From Pristiophorus japonicus (lineage: Eukaryota): 64,000 nucleotides of DNA. Of the stretch, positions 35,011 through 47,624 are shown piece after piece. Made by a program: the position numbers and the translations under genes. The notes below the pieces were generated by a model. It made no database searches. It was not told the origin of the DNA and saw nothing but the letters and a program-made list of their open reading frames with translations. How positions within the stretch are numbered: the first letter of the stretch is position 1; each line of letters begins with the position of its first letter. The DNA lies in the NCBI RefSeq assembly GCF_044704955.1, contig NC_091999.1, positions 49,166,001-49,230,000 of the forward strand, written 5' to 3'.

Positions 35011-35778
35011 GAAGAATCTGTTGAATCTGCATTTTACTGTAACTCTGTGACATTCTGAACCGATAAAGAAATGGAATCGTGAAATGTATCTGTGTCTTTC
35101 AGTCTCTGCCTCACTCTCTATCTCTGTCTCTTTAGAGATCTGTGCATGTGTTTGCGTGTTTGAGTCTTTGTCTCCCTCACTCTGCCTCTCTCTGACTCAC
35201 TCTGTCTCTCCCTGTTTTTCTGTTTGTCTCGGTCTCTCAATCTGCCTGTGTCTTTCTCACAGTGTCCAGTTCTGTTCCAATGGGATTCTCTCAGTCTCTC
35301 TGTCTGACTGTCTCTATCTTTCCCATCATCACTGTCTGTCTATGTCTCTGCCTGTCTGTCTCTCTTTGCCTGTCTCTGTTCGACCCTGTCTCTAACCTGT
35401 TGAGTATTTCCATCATTTTCTGTTTTTATCTCTCTCTCTCTCTCTATCTTATGTCTCATTATTTCTCTCTCTCTCTCTTTGTCGCTCTCTTTGTCCATAG
35501 CTTTGTCTTTGTCTCTGGCTTTCCATTACTATTTGACTCCCTCTCTTTATGGAGCACACACACAGTAATCTCTGTGTATGTGTCTGTTTGAGTCTTTGTC
35601 TCACTCAGTCTGCCTATCTCTCTTGGTCTCACACTTGCTCTCTATATCTCTAGCTCGCTGTCTGTCTCTCCCTGTTTCTGTTTTTGTGTCTGTATCTCAA
35701 TGTGTCTGTCTCTTTCTCATGGTGTCAAGTTCTTTTCACAGCTCAATTCCTGCTGACTCAAAATCCACACCCGTCAGT

Positions 35779-35823
35779 ACCTCGTTAATATAGTCGTGAG
35801 TATCCCCACCTGTCAGGCGGGAG
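35779..35823 (+). pseudogene. tRNA-Asp(GUC) pseudogene, 3' half deleted
   Basis: acctcgttaatatagtcgtgagtatccccacctgtcaggcgggag matches the 5' part of vertebrate tRNA-Asp. Confidence 0.8.
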
Positions 35824-36039
35824 GAAGCATTTTCGAAATGTAGAATTGTACTTATGTTATTCGGTATAGATTCATATTAAAAGTTCAAATGCAACATAGA
35901 AGAGTAAAAATACAGCAAGAGGATATTGGCTCTTCCAGATTTTTAGGAATCGGAGACTTTTTCAGGACTCTGATGTTCTGATGCAGAGAAATGAATGATT
36001 GAGTTTTGTCTGAGTAACATTTAAAAACGTGCCAACGCA

Positions 36040-36121
36040 GTAGTCGTGGCCGAGTGGTTAAGGAGATTGACTCGATATCCATTGGCGTTTACCCGCGCAG
36101 GTTCGAATCCTGCCAACTACG
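36040..36121 (+). tRNA. tRNA-Ser, anticodon CGA, with several stem mismatches (likely pseudogene)
   Basis: 82 nt gtagtcgtggccgagtggttaagg...ggttcgaatcctgccaactacg with intact A and B boxes and a T-run downstream. Confidence 0.75.
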
Positions 36122-36858
36122 AATCTCAAAATTTTTCATTCCATTTCAAACTTTAACCAGATCCCTGCAAAACGGTTGGGTGGAATAACGTCCCACACCT
36201 TTCAACACTGAAATTTTTTTCTCATTTTGATTAATCTGCAATATTCACGATACATACGGATAGAAAAACGCAAATATCAGCTAAATTAGCGACAGTGATT
36301 CAGCCTGTCTATCCCTCTATATGTCTAAGGCACTCTGTGTATGCCCATTGGTGCATCTATATTTTTGGTTATGTATGCGTCTCTGTCTCTGTGTCTGTCT
36401 ATCTGTGTATATGCCACTGTGTATGCGCAACTGTCTGTGGATATCATCACCATGAATTTGGTATGTCCTGGAAGTTTTAAAAAAGATTTGGGGAAAATAA
36501 TACGGTTGTGACATTTGATATCGGCTTTGCTACAGCGACAGCATTTTCGACTTCAAGTCCCACTCCTGAGACTTGAGCTTGTAATCTTGGTTGACACTCA
36601 AGTGCAGTACTTGCGGAATTTTGCATTGTTGAAGCTGTTGACTTTCGGATGAAATGTTAAATTGAAGCTCCGTCTGCTCTCTCGGGTGAATTTGAAAGTT
36701 CCCACAGCATTATTCGAAAAAGAGTAATGAGTTGTCCCCGTGTCACTTTTATATGAATATTCTGAAATGCTCACTGAAAACCTGTGTGTATGCGTGTGTC
36801 TGTGAGGGTGGAGCTCAAGCCCAGATTCTCACAGAGACAGAATGTGATGGTTCACAAG

Positions 36859-36941
36859 TGCAGAATGGCCGAGTGTATAAGTCGTTGCATTTAAGATCAA
36901 ATGGTTTTATACCCACGTAGATTCGAACCCCACTTCTAGTA
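36859..36941 (+). pseudogene. tRNA-Leu(UAA) pseudogene
   Basis: 83 nt; aatggccgagtg..ttaagatcaaatgg..ttcgaaccccacttctagta. Confidence 0.75.
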
Positions 36942-37127
36942 ACTGTTGAATTTAACACCGATTTTCTCCCATCCTGCTCAGTGATACCCGAATGCCTTCT
37001 GTTGAAACTGTAACTCTGTCACACTCTCAACTGACCAAGAAATGTAATTGTGAAGTGCCTCTCACTCTCTGTCTTTAGAGCGCTCTATATATCTTTACGT
37101 GTTTGAGTCTCTGACTCACTGTGTCTG

Positions 37128-40100
37128 AGGATCAACAAGCTGAATTCAGGGAGCTTGGAGTTAAATTAAAAAGTAGGACTTCATAGGTCACAAACTCAGC
37201 ATTGCTGCCAGTGCCACCTGCTAGTCGGAGCAGGAATCACAGGAGAGCTCAGTTGAATGTGTGGTGCAGATGGGAGGGATTCAAGTTCCTGGGACTTTGG
37301 AGCCGGTTCTGTGGGAGGTGGGACCAGAACGAAACCGGACGGTCTGCACCTGGGCAGGACCAGAACCAAATTTCAAGGGGGAGTGTTTGCTCGAGTTTCT
37401 GGGGAGGGTTTACAGTAATATGGCAGGGCGACGGGAGACAGAGGGAAGTAGAATGGGCGCAGAAGTGAAAGAATAAAAGTAAAGTTGGAGGGCAAATATC
37501 AAATAGGGCCACTTTACAGCAAAATTCTAAAGGGTCCAAGTGTGTTAAAATAACAAGCCTGGAGGCTCTGTGCCTCATTGCGAGGAGTATTCGTAATTAG
37601 GTGGACGAATTAACTGCACAAGCAGCAATTACTGAATATGAAATAATTGGCATCACGGAGACATGACTCCAGGGTGACCAAGGCTGGGAATTCAACATTC
37701 AGGAAGCATAGACAGAAATGAAAAGGTGATCGGGTAGTGTTGCTGGTTAAAGAGGAAATTAAGGCAATAGTAAGGAACGACATTAGCTTGGATGATGTGG
37801 AATATGAATAGGTGGAGCTGCGGAATACCAAAGGGAAGAAAACGCAAGAGGAGTTGTGTACAGATCCGCAGAGAGTAGTAGTGAGGTTGGGGACAGCATC
37901 AAACAAGAAATTAGGGATGCGTGCCATAAAGATACAGCAGTTATCAAGGGCGACTTTACTTTACATGTAAATTGGGCTAACCAAAAAGGTAGCAATACGG
38001 TGCAGGAGGACTTCCTCGAGCGTATTAGGGATGGTTTTCTCACTCAATATAGCGAGGGACCATCTAGAGGGCTGGCCATCCTAGACTGGGTGATGTGTAA
38101 TGAGAAAGGACTAATTAGCAATCTTGTTGTGCGAGGCCCCTTGGGGAAGAGTGACCATAATAAGGTAGAATTCTTTATTAAGGTGGCGAGTGACACAGTT
38201 AATTCAGAGACTAGGGTCTTGAACTTAAGGAAAGGTAACTTCGATGGTATGTGACGTGAATTTGCTAGAATAGACTGGTGAATGATATTTAAAGGGTTTG
38301 AATTTGGATTGGCAATGGCAAACATTTAAAGATCACATGGATGAACTTCAACAATTATATTTCCCTGTCTGGAGTAAAAATAAAACGGTGAATGTGGCTC
38401 AACCGTGGCTAACAAAGGAAATTAAGGATAGTGTTAAATCCAGGGAATAGGCATATAAATTGTCCAGAAAAAGCCGCAACCTGAGGACTGGAAGAAATTT
38501 ACAATTCAGCTGAGGAGGACAAAGGGTTTAATTAGCAGGGGGGAAATAGATTATGAGAGGAAGCTTGCTGGGGACCTAATAAAGTTCTATAGATATGTGA
38601 AGACAAAAAGATTAGAGAAGACAAACGTAGGTCCCTTGCAATCAGATTCAGGTGAATTTATAATGGGGAAGAAGGAAATTGTAGAGCAGTTGAACAATAA
38701 CTTTGGTTGTGTCTTCACGAAGGAAGGAACGCATAACCTTCCAGAAATACTAGGGCACCGAGGATCTAGCGAGAAGGAGGAACTGAAGGAAATCCTTATT
38801 AGTCAGGTAATTGTGTTCGGGAAATTGATGGGATTGAAGGCCGATTAATCCCCGGGGCCTGATAGTCTGCATTGGAAAGTACTTAAGGAAGTGGCCCTAG
38901 AAATAGCGGATGCATTGGTGATCATTTTCGAACAGTCTATCGAATCTAGATCAGTTCGTATGAACTGAAGGGTAAATAATGTAAAACCACATTTTTGAAA
39001 AAGGAGGGAGATTGAAAACGGATAATTATAGACCGGTTAGCCTGACATCAGTAGTGGGGAAAATGTAGGAATCAATTATTAAAGATGAATTTGCAGCGCA
39101 TTTGGAAAGCAGTGACAGGATTGGTCAAAGCTGCATGAATTTATGAAAGGAAAATCAAGCTCGACAAATCTTCTGAAATTATTTGAGGATGTAGCTAGTA
39201 TAGTGTACAAGGGGAACCAGTGGATGTGGTGTATTTGGACTTTCAAAAGGCTTTCAACAAGGTCGCACAGACGTATTGGTGTGCAAAGTTAAAGCACATG
39301 GTATTGGGTATAATGTACTGACGTGGATAGAGAACTGGTTGGCAGACAGGAAGCAGAGAGTCGGAATAAACGGGTCCTTTTCAGAAAAGCAGGCAGTGAC
39401 TAGTGGGGTGCCACAGGGCTCAGTGCTGGTATCCCAGCAATTTACAATATACATTAATGATTTAGATTAAGGAATTGAGTGTAATATCTTCAAGTTTGCA
39501 GATGATGCCAACAGGGTGGCGATGTGAGCTGTGAGGAGGACGCTAAGAGGCTGCAGACTGACTTGGACCGGTTAGGTGAGTTGGCAAATGCATGGAAGAT
39601 GCAGAATAATGTGGATAAATGTGAGGTTATCCACTTTAGTGGCAAAAACACGAAGGCAGAATATTGTCTGTATGGCAACAGATTAGGAAAAGGGGAGGTG
39701 CAACGAGACCTTGGCGTCATGGTACATCAGTCATTGAAAGCTGACATGCAGTTACAGCAGGCAGTGAAGAAGGCAAAAGGAATGTTGACCTTCATAGCTA
39801 GGGGATTTGAGTATCGGAGCAGGGAGGCCATACTGCAGTTGTACAGGGCCTTTGTGAGACCTCACCTGGAATATTGTGTTCAGTTTTGGTCTCGTAATCT
39901 GAGGAAGGACTTTCATGCTATTGAGGGAGTGCAGCGAAGGTTCACCAGACTGATTCCCGGGATGACAGGACTGACATATGAGGAGAGACTGGATCTACAG
40001 TGGCTTGTAGTCACTGGAGTTTAGAAGCATGAGAGGGGATCTCATAGAATCATGAACAATTCTGACGGGACTTAACAGGTTAGATGCAGCAAGAAAATTC

Positions 40101-40420
40101 CCGATGTTGGGGAAGTCCAGAATTAGGGGACACAGTCTAATGATAAGGGGCAGGTCATTTAGGACCGAGATGAGGAGAAACTTCTTCACCCAGAGAGTTG
40201 TTAACCTCTAGAATTACCTACCGCAGAGAGTTGTTGATGCCAGTTCATTGGATATGTTGAAGAGGGAGTTAGATATTGCCGATATGGCCAAAGGCATCAA
40301 GAGGTATGGAGAGAAAGCAGGAAAGTGTTACTGAGGTGAATGATCAGCCATGATCTTATTGAATGGTGGTGCAGACTCGAAAGCCCGAATGGCCTACTCC
40401 TGCACCTATTTTCTATGTTT
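37128..40420 (+). mobile_element. Long CR1 (ORF1 esterase remnant, ORF2 endonuclease/RT, 3' UTR) inserted in the tRNA-unit spacer
   Basis: ORF 37202..37468 LLPVPPASRSRN..LNVWCRWEGFKFL (SGNH esterase-type CR1 ORF1); GDF and LGKSDH endonuclease motifs; SGVPQGSVL; tttctatgtttct tail. Confidence 0.92.
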
Positions 40421-41108
40421 CTCTGTTTGTCTCTGTCTCTCATTCTTTTTCTTTCTTTCGGTGTCAAAGTTCTGCTCCAATGGGATTCTCTCAGTCTCTT
40501 TGTCTATTTGGCTCTCTCTTTCCCATCATCCCTCTCTGTCTGACTGTCTCTCTCTTTCCCATCGTCTCTTTCTATTTGTCTATGTCTGTGCCTGTCTGCC
40601 TTTCTTTTCCTGTCTCTGTTCGTACCTGTCTCTAACCTGCTGAGTATTTCCATAATTTTCTCTTTTTATCTCTATCTCTCTTTCTATCTGTCTCTCTCTC
40701 TATCTGGCTATCTCTGTGTCTCTCTTTGTCCCTGTCTTCATCTCTGTATTGCTATCACTCTTTCCCTCTCTCTCTTTATAGAGCATGCACATATCTCTGT
40801 GTATGTGTGTGCTTGAGTTATTTTCTCACTGTGTCTGTCTCTCCCTCTCAGTCTCACACTTTATCTGTCTCTTTGTCTCTATCTCGCTGTCTGTCTCTCC
40901 CTGTTTCTCTGTTTGTCTCTGTCTCTCAGTGTTTCTGTCGACTTCTCATGGTGTCCAGTTCTGTTCACAGCTCGATTCCTGCTCTGAGAGAGCACATACC
41001 CGTCAGTTCCTCTGTTTGACTGTCTCTCATTGTGTCTGTCTCTTTTTCATGGTGCCCAGTTCTTTTCACAGCTCGATTCCTGCTGTCTAAAAAGCTGCAC
41101 CTGTCAGT

Positions 41109-41180
41109 ACCTCTTTAGTACAATGGTGAATATCACCGCCTGACACGCGGGAGACCAGAGTTGAATTTCCCGATGGGGAG
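41109..41180 (+). pseudogene. tRNA-Asp-derived pseudogene, anticodon mutated to GAC
   Basis: 72 nt acctctttagtacaatggtgaatatcaccgcctGACacgcgggagaccagagttgaatttcccgatggggag; B box damaged. Confidence 0.8.
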
Positions 41181-41397
41181 AAGGCTTTTTCAAAATGTAG
41201 AATTTTACTTTTGTTTCTTGGTATAGATTCATGTTAAAAAGTTCGAGAGCAATATAGAAGAGTAAAAATACTGAAAAAGAAGATTGCCTTCCAGATTTTT
41301 TAGCAAACGGAAACTTATTCAGGATTCTGTGGCCGGCTGCTGCACAGAGATAGATGACTGAGTTTTATCTGAGTAAAATTTAAAATGCAGCAAACCA

Positions 41398-41480
41398 GCA
41401 GTCGTAGCCGACTGGTTAAGGTGATGAGCTCGATAATCTATTGGGGTTTCCCCGCACAGGTTCGAAACCTACTGATTGCA
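41398..41480 (+). pseudogene. tRNA-Ser(CGA) pseudogene
   Basis: Homologous to 36040-36121 with more substitutions. Confidence 0.75.
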
Positions 41481-42244
41481 ATTCTTGGCATTTTTCATTC
41501 CATTTCACAATTTAACCAGGTCTTGCAAAACACATACCGAAATAGGTGGAATAATATCCCACAGCTGTAAAGACTGACATTTATTTTTCATTTCTATTAA
41601 TCTGCAATATTGACGATACATAAGGATAGAAAAACGCAAAAATCAGCCAAAGTAGCGAGAGTGATACAGCCTGCTTCTCCCTCTATATGTCTGAGGCATC
41701 GGTGCATGTCCGTTGGTGCGTATATATTTTTGGTTATGTGTTTGTCTGTGTCTCTGTGTCTGTCTATCTCTATATATGTCTCTGTGTATGTGCAACTGTC
41801 TGTGGAAATCATCACCATGAATTTGGTATGTCCTGGAACTTATTAAAAAGACTTAGGGAAAAATAATACGATTGTGAACTTTGGTATCGGCTTTGGTTCA
41901 TGGGCAGCATTCTCGACTGAATCAGGAGTTTGTGTGTTCAAGTCGCATTCCTGAGACTGGAGCATATACATTTTGGCTAACACCCAACTGCAGCACTTGG
42001 GGAATTTTGCATTTTGAAGCTGTTGACTTTCGGATGAAATGTTAAATTGAAGCTCCGTCTGCACCCTCGGCTTGATGGAAAAGTTCCCAGAGCATTACAC
42101 GAAAAAGAAAAGGAGAGTTGCCACCTTGTCATTATTACTAAAAATGTTCGGAAATGCTCCCTGAAACCCACGTGTGTGTGTTTGTCTATGGGGGTGGAGT
42201 TGAAGCCCAGATTCTCGGAGAGACAGAGTCGAACTGATGACAGG

Positions 42245-42326
42245 ACCCGGATGGCCGAGTGGTTAAAGCGTTGGCCTTAAAATTCCGTGGCTTTTTCCCG
42301 CGTGGGTTCGTATACCATTCCTTAAT
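42245..42326 (+). pseudogene. tRNA-Leu(UAA) pseudogene
   Basis: acccggatggccgagtggttaaagcgttggccttaaa...cgcgtgggttcg. Confidence 0.75.
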
Positions 42327-43552
42327 AAAACAGAGATTTTTCCCATCCTGCTCAGTGACACCCGATTTTCATGTGTTGCAGTTGCATTTTTCTGTAACTC
42401 TGTGAAACTCTGAGCAGATGATGAAATGAATTGTGAAATGTATCTGTTTCGCTGTATTTGTATCTGTCTATGCCTCTCTCTCTCTCTTTAGAGAGATGTG
42501 TATGTATTTCTGTGTTTGAGTCTTTGTCTCTCTCAGTCCGCCTCTCTCTGATTCACTCTGTCTATCCCTATTTTTCTGTTTGTCTCTGTCTCTCAATCTG
42601 TATTCTTCTCACGGTGTCCAGTTCTGTTCGAAAGGGATTCTCTCAGACTCTCTGTCTGACTGTCTCTCTCTTTCCCATCATCTCTGTCTGCCCATGTCTT
42701 TGCCTGTCTCTGTTCGTCCTTGTCTCTAACCTGATGAGTATTTCCATAATTTTCTGTTTTTGTCTACTTGTTTCTCTCTCTATCTGTCTTTCTCTCTGTT
42801 TGTCTCCCTCTTTTTCTCTCTCTTTGTCCCTGGCTTTTTCTTGTCATTCCATCACTATTTCCCTCCCTCTCTTTATGTAGCACGCAAACACATTTCTGTG
42901 TATGTATGTATTTGAGTCTTTGTCTCATTCAGTCTGACCCTCCCTCTCAGTCTCAAACTTTCTGTCTCTCTTTGTCTCTATCTCGCTGTCTGTCACTCCC
43001 TGTTTCCATGTTTGTCTCTGTTTCTCAATGTGTCTGTTTCTTTCTCACGGTGTCCAGTTCTGTTCCAATGGGATTCTCTTAGTCTCTCTGTCTGACTGAC
43101 TCACTCTTTCCCATCATCTCTGTCTGTCTATGTCTCTGCCTGTCTGTCTCTCTTTGCCTGTCGCTGGTAGTTCCTGTCTCTAACCTGCTGAGTATTTCCA
43201 TAATTTTCTGTTTATATCTTTGTCTCTCTCTCTCTCTACCTGCCGCTCTCTCTCTATCTGTCTCTCTCCTTGTTACTGTCTTTATCACTGTCTTTCTCTC
43301 AATCTTTCCCTCTCTCTCTTTATGGATCACACACACACACACACACACATCTCTGTATATGTCTGCGTTTGAGTCTTTTTCTCAAGCTGTCTGCCTCTCA
43401 TTCTCAGTCTCACACTTTCCGTCTCTTGTTGTCTCTATCTCGTTGCCTGTCTCTCCTTGTTTGTCGGTTTGTCTCTGTCCCTCAATGTGCCTGTCTACTT
43501 CTCATGGTGTCCATTTCTGTTCACAGCTCGATTCCTGCTCTGATAGAATTCA

Positions 43553-43624
43553 TATTTGTTAATTTCGTGGTCAGTATCCCTGCTTGTCAAGCGTGAGATG
43601 TGGGGTTCAATGCCCCGATAGGAT
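43553..43624 (+). pseudogene. tRNA-Asp(GUC) pseudogene, highly diverged
   Basis: gtggtcagtatccctgcttgtcaagcgtgaga..ggggttcaatgccccga. Confidence 0.65.
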
Positions 43625-43830
43625 GAAACTTTTTCAAAATGTTGAATCTTACTTCTGTTTCCTGGTATAGATTAATGTTAAAAAGTTGAAGAGCAATTTC
43701 GAACACGAAAAATACAGCAAGAGGGGATTGCCTCTTCCAGATCTTTCACAAACGGAGACTGTTTCAGGATTCTGTGGCCGTCAGTTGCACAGAGTTTTAT
43801 CTGAGTAACATTTAACAAGCCAGTTAGCCA

Positions 43831-43913
43831 GTAGCCGTGGCCGAGATTTTAAGGCAATAGACGAGATAATCCATTGGGTTTTCATCACGAAGGATCGAAC
43901 CTTGCCGACTATG
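43831..43913 (+). pseudogene. tRNA-Ser pseudogene (AGA at the anticodon position)
   Basis: gtagccgtggccgag...cttgccgactatg. Confidence 0.7.
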
Positions 43914-44668
43914 GTTCTAAGCATTTTTCATTCCATTTCACAATTTAACCAGGTCTTTGCAAAACTGATCCTGTGATAGATGGAATAATGTGCCACACCT
44001 TTCAACACTGACACATTTTTACTCATTGTTATTAATCTGCAATATTCACGATACATACGGATAGAAAAACGCAAAAGTCAGCCAAATTTGCGACATTGCT
44101 TCAGCCTGTCTTTCCCTCGAAATGTCGAAGGCACTCTGTGCATGTCCGTTGGTGCGTGTATATTTTTGGTTGTGTGTGTGTGTCTCTCTCTGTCTGTCTA
44201 TCTATATGTATGTCTCTGCGTATGTGCAACTGTCTGTGGAAATCATCACCATGAATTTGGTATGTGCTTGAACATTTTTAAAAAACTTGCGGAAAATAAT
44301 AGGGTTGTGAACTTTGGTATCGGCTTTGGTTCAGTGGCAGCATTCTCGACTGAATCTGGAGTTTGTGTGTTCAAGTCGCACTCCTGAGACTTGAGCATAT
44401 AATCTTTGCTGATTTTCAATTGCAGTACTTGGGGAATTTTGCATTCTCGAAGCTGTTGACTTTCGGATGAAATGTTAAATTGAAGCTCCGTCTGCAACCT
44501 CGGGTGGATGTGAACGTTCCCAGAGCATTACTCGAAAAAGAATAGGAGAGCTGCCCCCGTGTCACTATTACTAAAAATGTTCGTAAATGCGCACTGAATC
44601 CCTTTGTGTCCGTGAGGGTGGGGTTCCACCCCAGATTCTCACAGAGACAGAATCCGAATGCTGACAGG

Positions 44669-44751
44669 ACCAGGATTGCCGAGTGGTTAAGGCATTGGAT
44701 TTAAAATGTAATTGATTTAAACCCGCGTGGGTTCGAACTCAACTCCTTAGT
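44669..44751 (+). pseudogene. tRNA-Leu(UAA) pseudogene
   Basis: accaggattgccgagtggttaaggcattggatttaaa...ccgcgtgggttcgaactc. Confidence 0.75.
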
Positions 44752-45347
44752 TTAACACAGATTTCCTCCCATCCTGTTCAGTGGTACCCGATTTTCACCT
44801 GTTGAATCAGCATTTTTCTATGACACTCTGAGCCGATTGTGAAATGTATCTGCGTCGCTCAGTCTCTGCCTCTTTCTCTCTTCAGAGAATTGTTTGTGTG
44901 TTTGAGTCTCTGACTCACTCTGTTTGTCTCTGTCTCTTTCTCACTCTGTCCAGTTCTGTTCCAATGGGATTCTCTCAGTCTCTCTGTCTGACTGGCTCTC
45001 TCTTTGCCATGATCTGCCTGTCCATGTAGCTGTTATTCCCTGTCTCCAACCTGATGAGTATTTTCATCATTTTCTGTTTTTGTCTCTATGCCTCTCTCTC
45101 TATCTGTCTTTCTCTCTATCTGTCTCCGTCTTTGTCTCTATCTTTGTCCCTGTGTTTTTCTCTGTCATTCCATCACCATTTGCCTCCCTCTCTTTCTGGA
45201 GCACGCAAACACATCTCTGTGTATGTCTCATTCAGTCTGAACCCCCCTCTCAGTCTCACACTTTATGTCTCTCGTTGTCTCTATCTCGCTCTCTGTCTCT
45301 CCCTGTTTGTCGGTTTGTCTCTGTCTCTCAATGTGTCTGTCGACTTC

Positions 45348-45882
45348 CCCTAATCTGAGGAAGGACGTCCTTGCTATTGAGGGAGTACAGTGAAGGTTCA
45401 CCAGCTTGATTCCCGGGATGGCAGGACTGAGATATGAGGAGAGACTGGATCAACTTGGCTGGTATCCACTGGAGTTTAGAAGAATGAGAGGCGCTCCCAT
45501 AGAAATATATAAAATTCTGAAGAGATTGGACAGGTTAGAGGCGGGTAGAATGTTCCCATTGCTGGTGAGTTCGAGAACCATGGGTCACAGTCTAAGAATA
45601 AGTTGTAAGGCATTTAGGACCGAGATGAGGAGAAACTTCTTCACTCAGAGAGAGGTTAACCTGTGGCATTCTCTACCACAGAAAGTTCTTGAGGCCAGTT
45701 CGTTAGTTATATTCAAAAGGGAGTTAGATATGGCCCTTACGGCTAAAGGGATCAAGGGGTATGGAGAGAAAGCAGGAAAGGGGTACTGAGGTTGAATGTT
45801 CAGCCATGATCTTATTGAATGATGCTGCAGGCTCGAAGCACCGAATGGCCTACTCCTGCAAATATTCTTTTTGTTTCTATGT
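45348..45882 (+). mobile_element. CR1 3' fragment replacing the Asp-Ser part of tRNA unit 4
   Basis: ORF 45406..45789 is a CR1 C-terminus; its flanks match non-adjacent parts of the unit. Confidence 0.85.
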
Positions 45883-46407
45883 TGATGCGTGTATATTTTT
45901 GGTTATTGTGTGTGTGTCTGTGTATGTCTACCTGTATGTATGTCTCTGTGTATGTGCAGTTGTCTATGGAAATCATCACCATGAATTTGGTGCGTCCTGG
46001 AAATTTTAAAAAGCTTGGGGAAAATAATACGGTTGTGATCTTTGGTATCGGCTTTCTTTCAGTGGCTCCATTCTCGACTGAATCAGGAGGTTGTGTTTTT
46101 AAGTCGCACTCTGTGACTTGGTAACGTCATCTTGGCTGACACTCAAATGCAGTACCTGGGGAATTTGGGATTGTTGAAGCAGTTGACTTTCGGATGAAAT
46201 GTTAAATTGAAGCTTCATCTCCACCCTCGGGTGGATGTGAAAGGTCCCAGAGCCTTACTCGAAAAAGAATAGGAGAGTTGCGCCCGTGTCAATATTAGGA
46301 AAAATGTTCGAAAATGCTCCCTGAAAACCTATGTGTCTGTGTGTGTCTGTGGGGGTGGAGTTCAAGCACAGATTAATACAGAGACAGAATCCAATCTCTG
46401 ACGGGAC

Positions 46408-47622
46408 ATAGACATAGAAAATAGGTGCAGGAGTAGGCCATTCGGCCCTTCCAGCCTGCACCGCCATTCAATGAGTTCATGACTGAACATGCAACTTCAG
46501 TACCCCATTCCTGCTTTCTCGCCATACCCCTTGATCCACCTAGTAGCAAGGACTTCATCTAACTCCTTTTTGAATATATTTAGTGAATTGGCCTCAAATA
46601 CTTTCTGTGGTAGATAATTCCACAGGTTCACCACTCTCTGGGTGAAGAGGTTCCTCCTCATCTCGGTACTAAATGGCTTGCCCCTTATCCTGAGACTGTG
46701 TCACCTGGTTCTGGACTTTCCCAACATTGGGAGCATTCTTCCTGCATCTAACCTGTCTAACTCCGTCAGAATTTCAAACGTTTCTATGAGGTCCCCTCTC
46801 ATTCTTCTGAACTCCAGTGAATACAAGCCCAGTTGACCCAGTTATTCTTGATAGGTCAGTCCCGCCATCCCGGGAATTAATCTGGTGAACCTTCGCTGCA
46901 CTCCCTCAATAGCGAGAATGTCCTTCCGCAGGTTAGTAGAACAAAACTGTACACAATACTCGTGGTGTGGCCTCACCAAGACCCTGTACAACTGTATCAA
47001 CACCTCCCTGCCCCTGTACTGAAATCCCCTCGCTATGAAGGCCAACATGCCCTTTGCTTTCTTAACTGCCTGCTGTACCTGCATGCCAATCTTCAATGAC
47101 TGATGTACCATGATACCCAGGTATCGTTGCACCTCCCCTTTTCCTAATCTGTCTCCATTCAGATTGTAGTCTGTCTCTCTGTTTTTACCACCAATGTGGA
47201 TAACCTCACATTTATCCACATTATACGTCATCTGCCATGCATTTGCCCATTCATCCAAGCTATCCAAGTCACTCTGCAGCCTCATAGCATCCTCCTCGCA
47301 GCTCACACTGCTACCCAACTTCGTGTAATCCGCAAATTTGGAGATACTACATTTAATCCTCTCATCCAAATCATTAATGTACAATGTAAACAGCTGGGGC
47401 CCCAGCAAAGAATCTTGCGGTACCCCACTAGTCACTGCATGCCATTCTGAAAAGTCCCCATTTACTCCTACTCATTGCTTCCTGACTGACAACCAGTTCT
47501 CAATCCATGTCAGCATAGTACCCCCAATCCCATGTGCTTTAACTTTGCACATATAATCTCTTGCGTGGGATTCCTGTTTGATGCCCTCCCCAACATCACT
47601 ACTACTGTTTGGAGGTCTGTAC
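46408..47622 (-). mobile_element. CR1 RT/3' fragment with internal deletion
   Basis: ORF 46842..47435 SGVPQDSLLGP..FADY; catagacatagaaa tail at 46408. Confidence 0.9.
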
Positions 47623-47624
47623 AT

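Larger units (their letters stand above)
35025..46408 (+). repeat. Tandem array of ~2.1-2.4 kb units (CT-rich spacer, tRNA-Asp, tRNA-Ser, DeuSINE fragment, tRNA-Leu): 3 full units and 1 partial
   Basis: Homologous blocks recur at ~35.1-37.1, 40.4-42.4, 42.4-44.8 and 44.8-46.4 kb, interrupted by CR1s. Confidence 0.9.

Noticed and set aside
41109-41180. Functional tRNA-Val(GAC) arising by anticodon switch
   Set aside because: The T-loop/B box and stems are damaged, so it is better explained as a mutated Asp pseudogene.
35084-45358. Hydrophobic S/L/C/V-rich ORFs as membrane proteins
   Set aside because: These are translations of CT/GT low-complexity spacer DNA.
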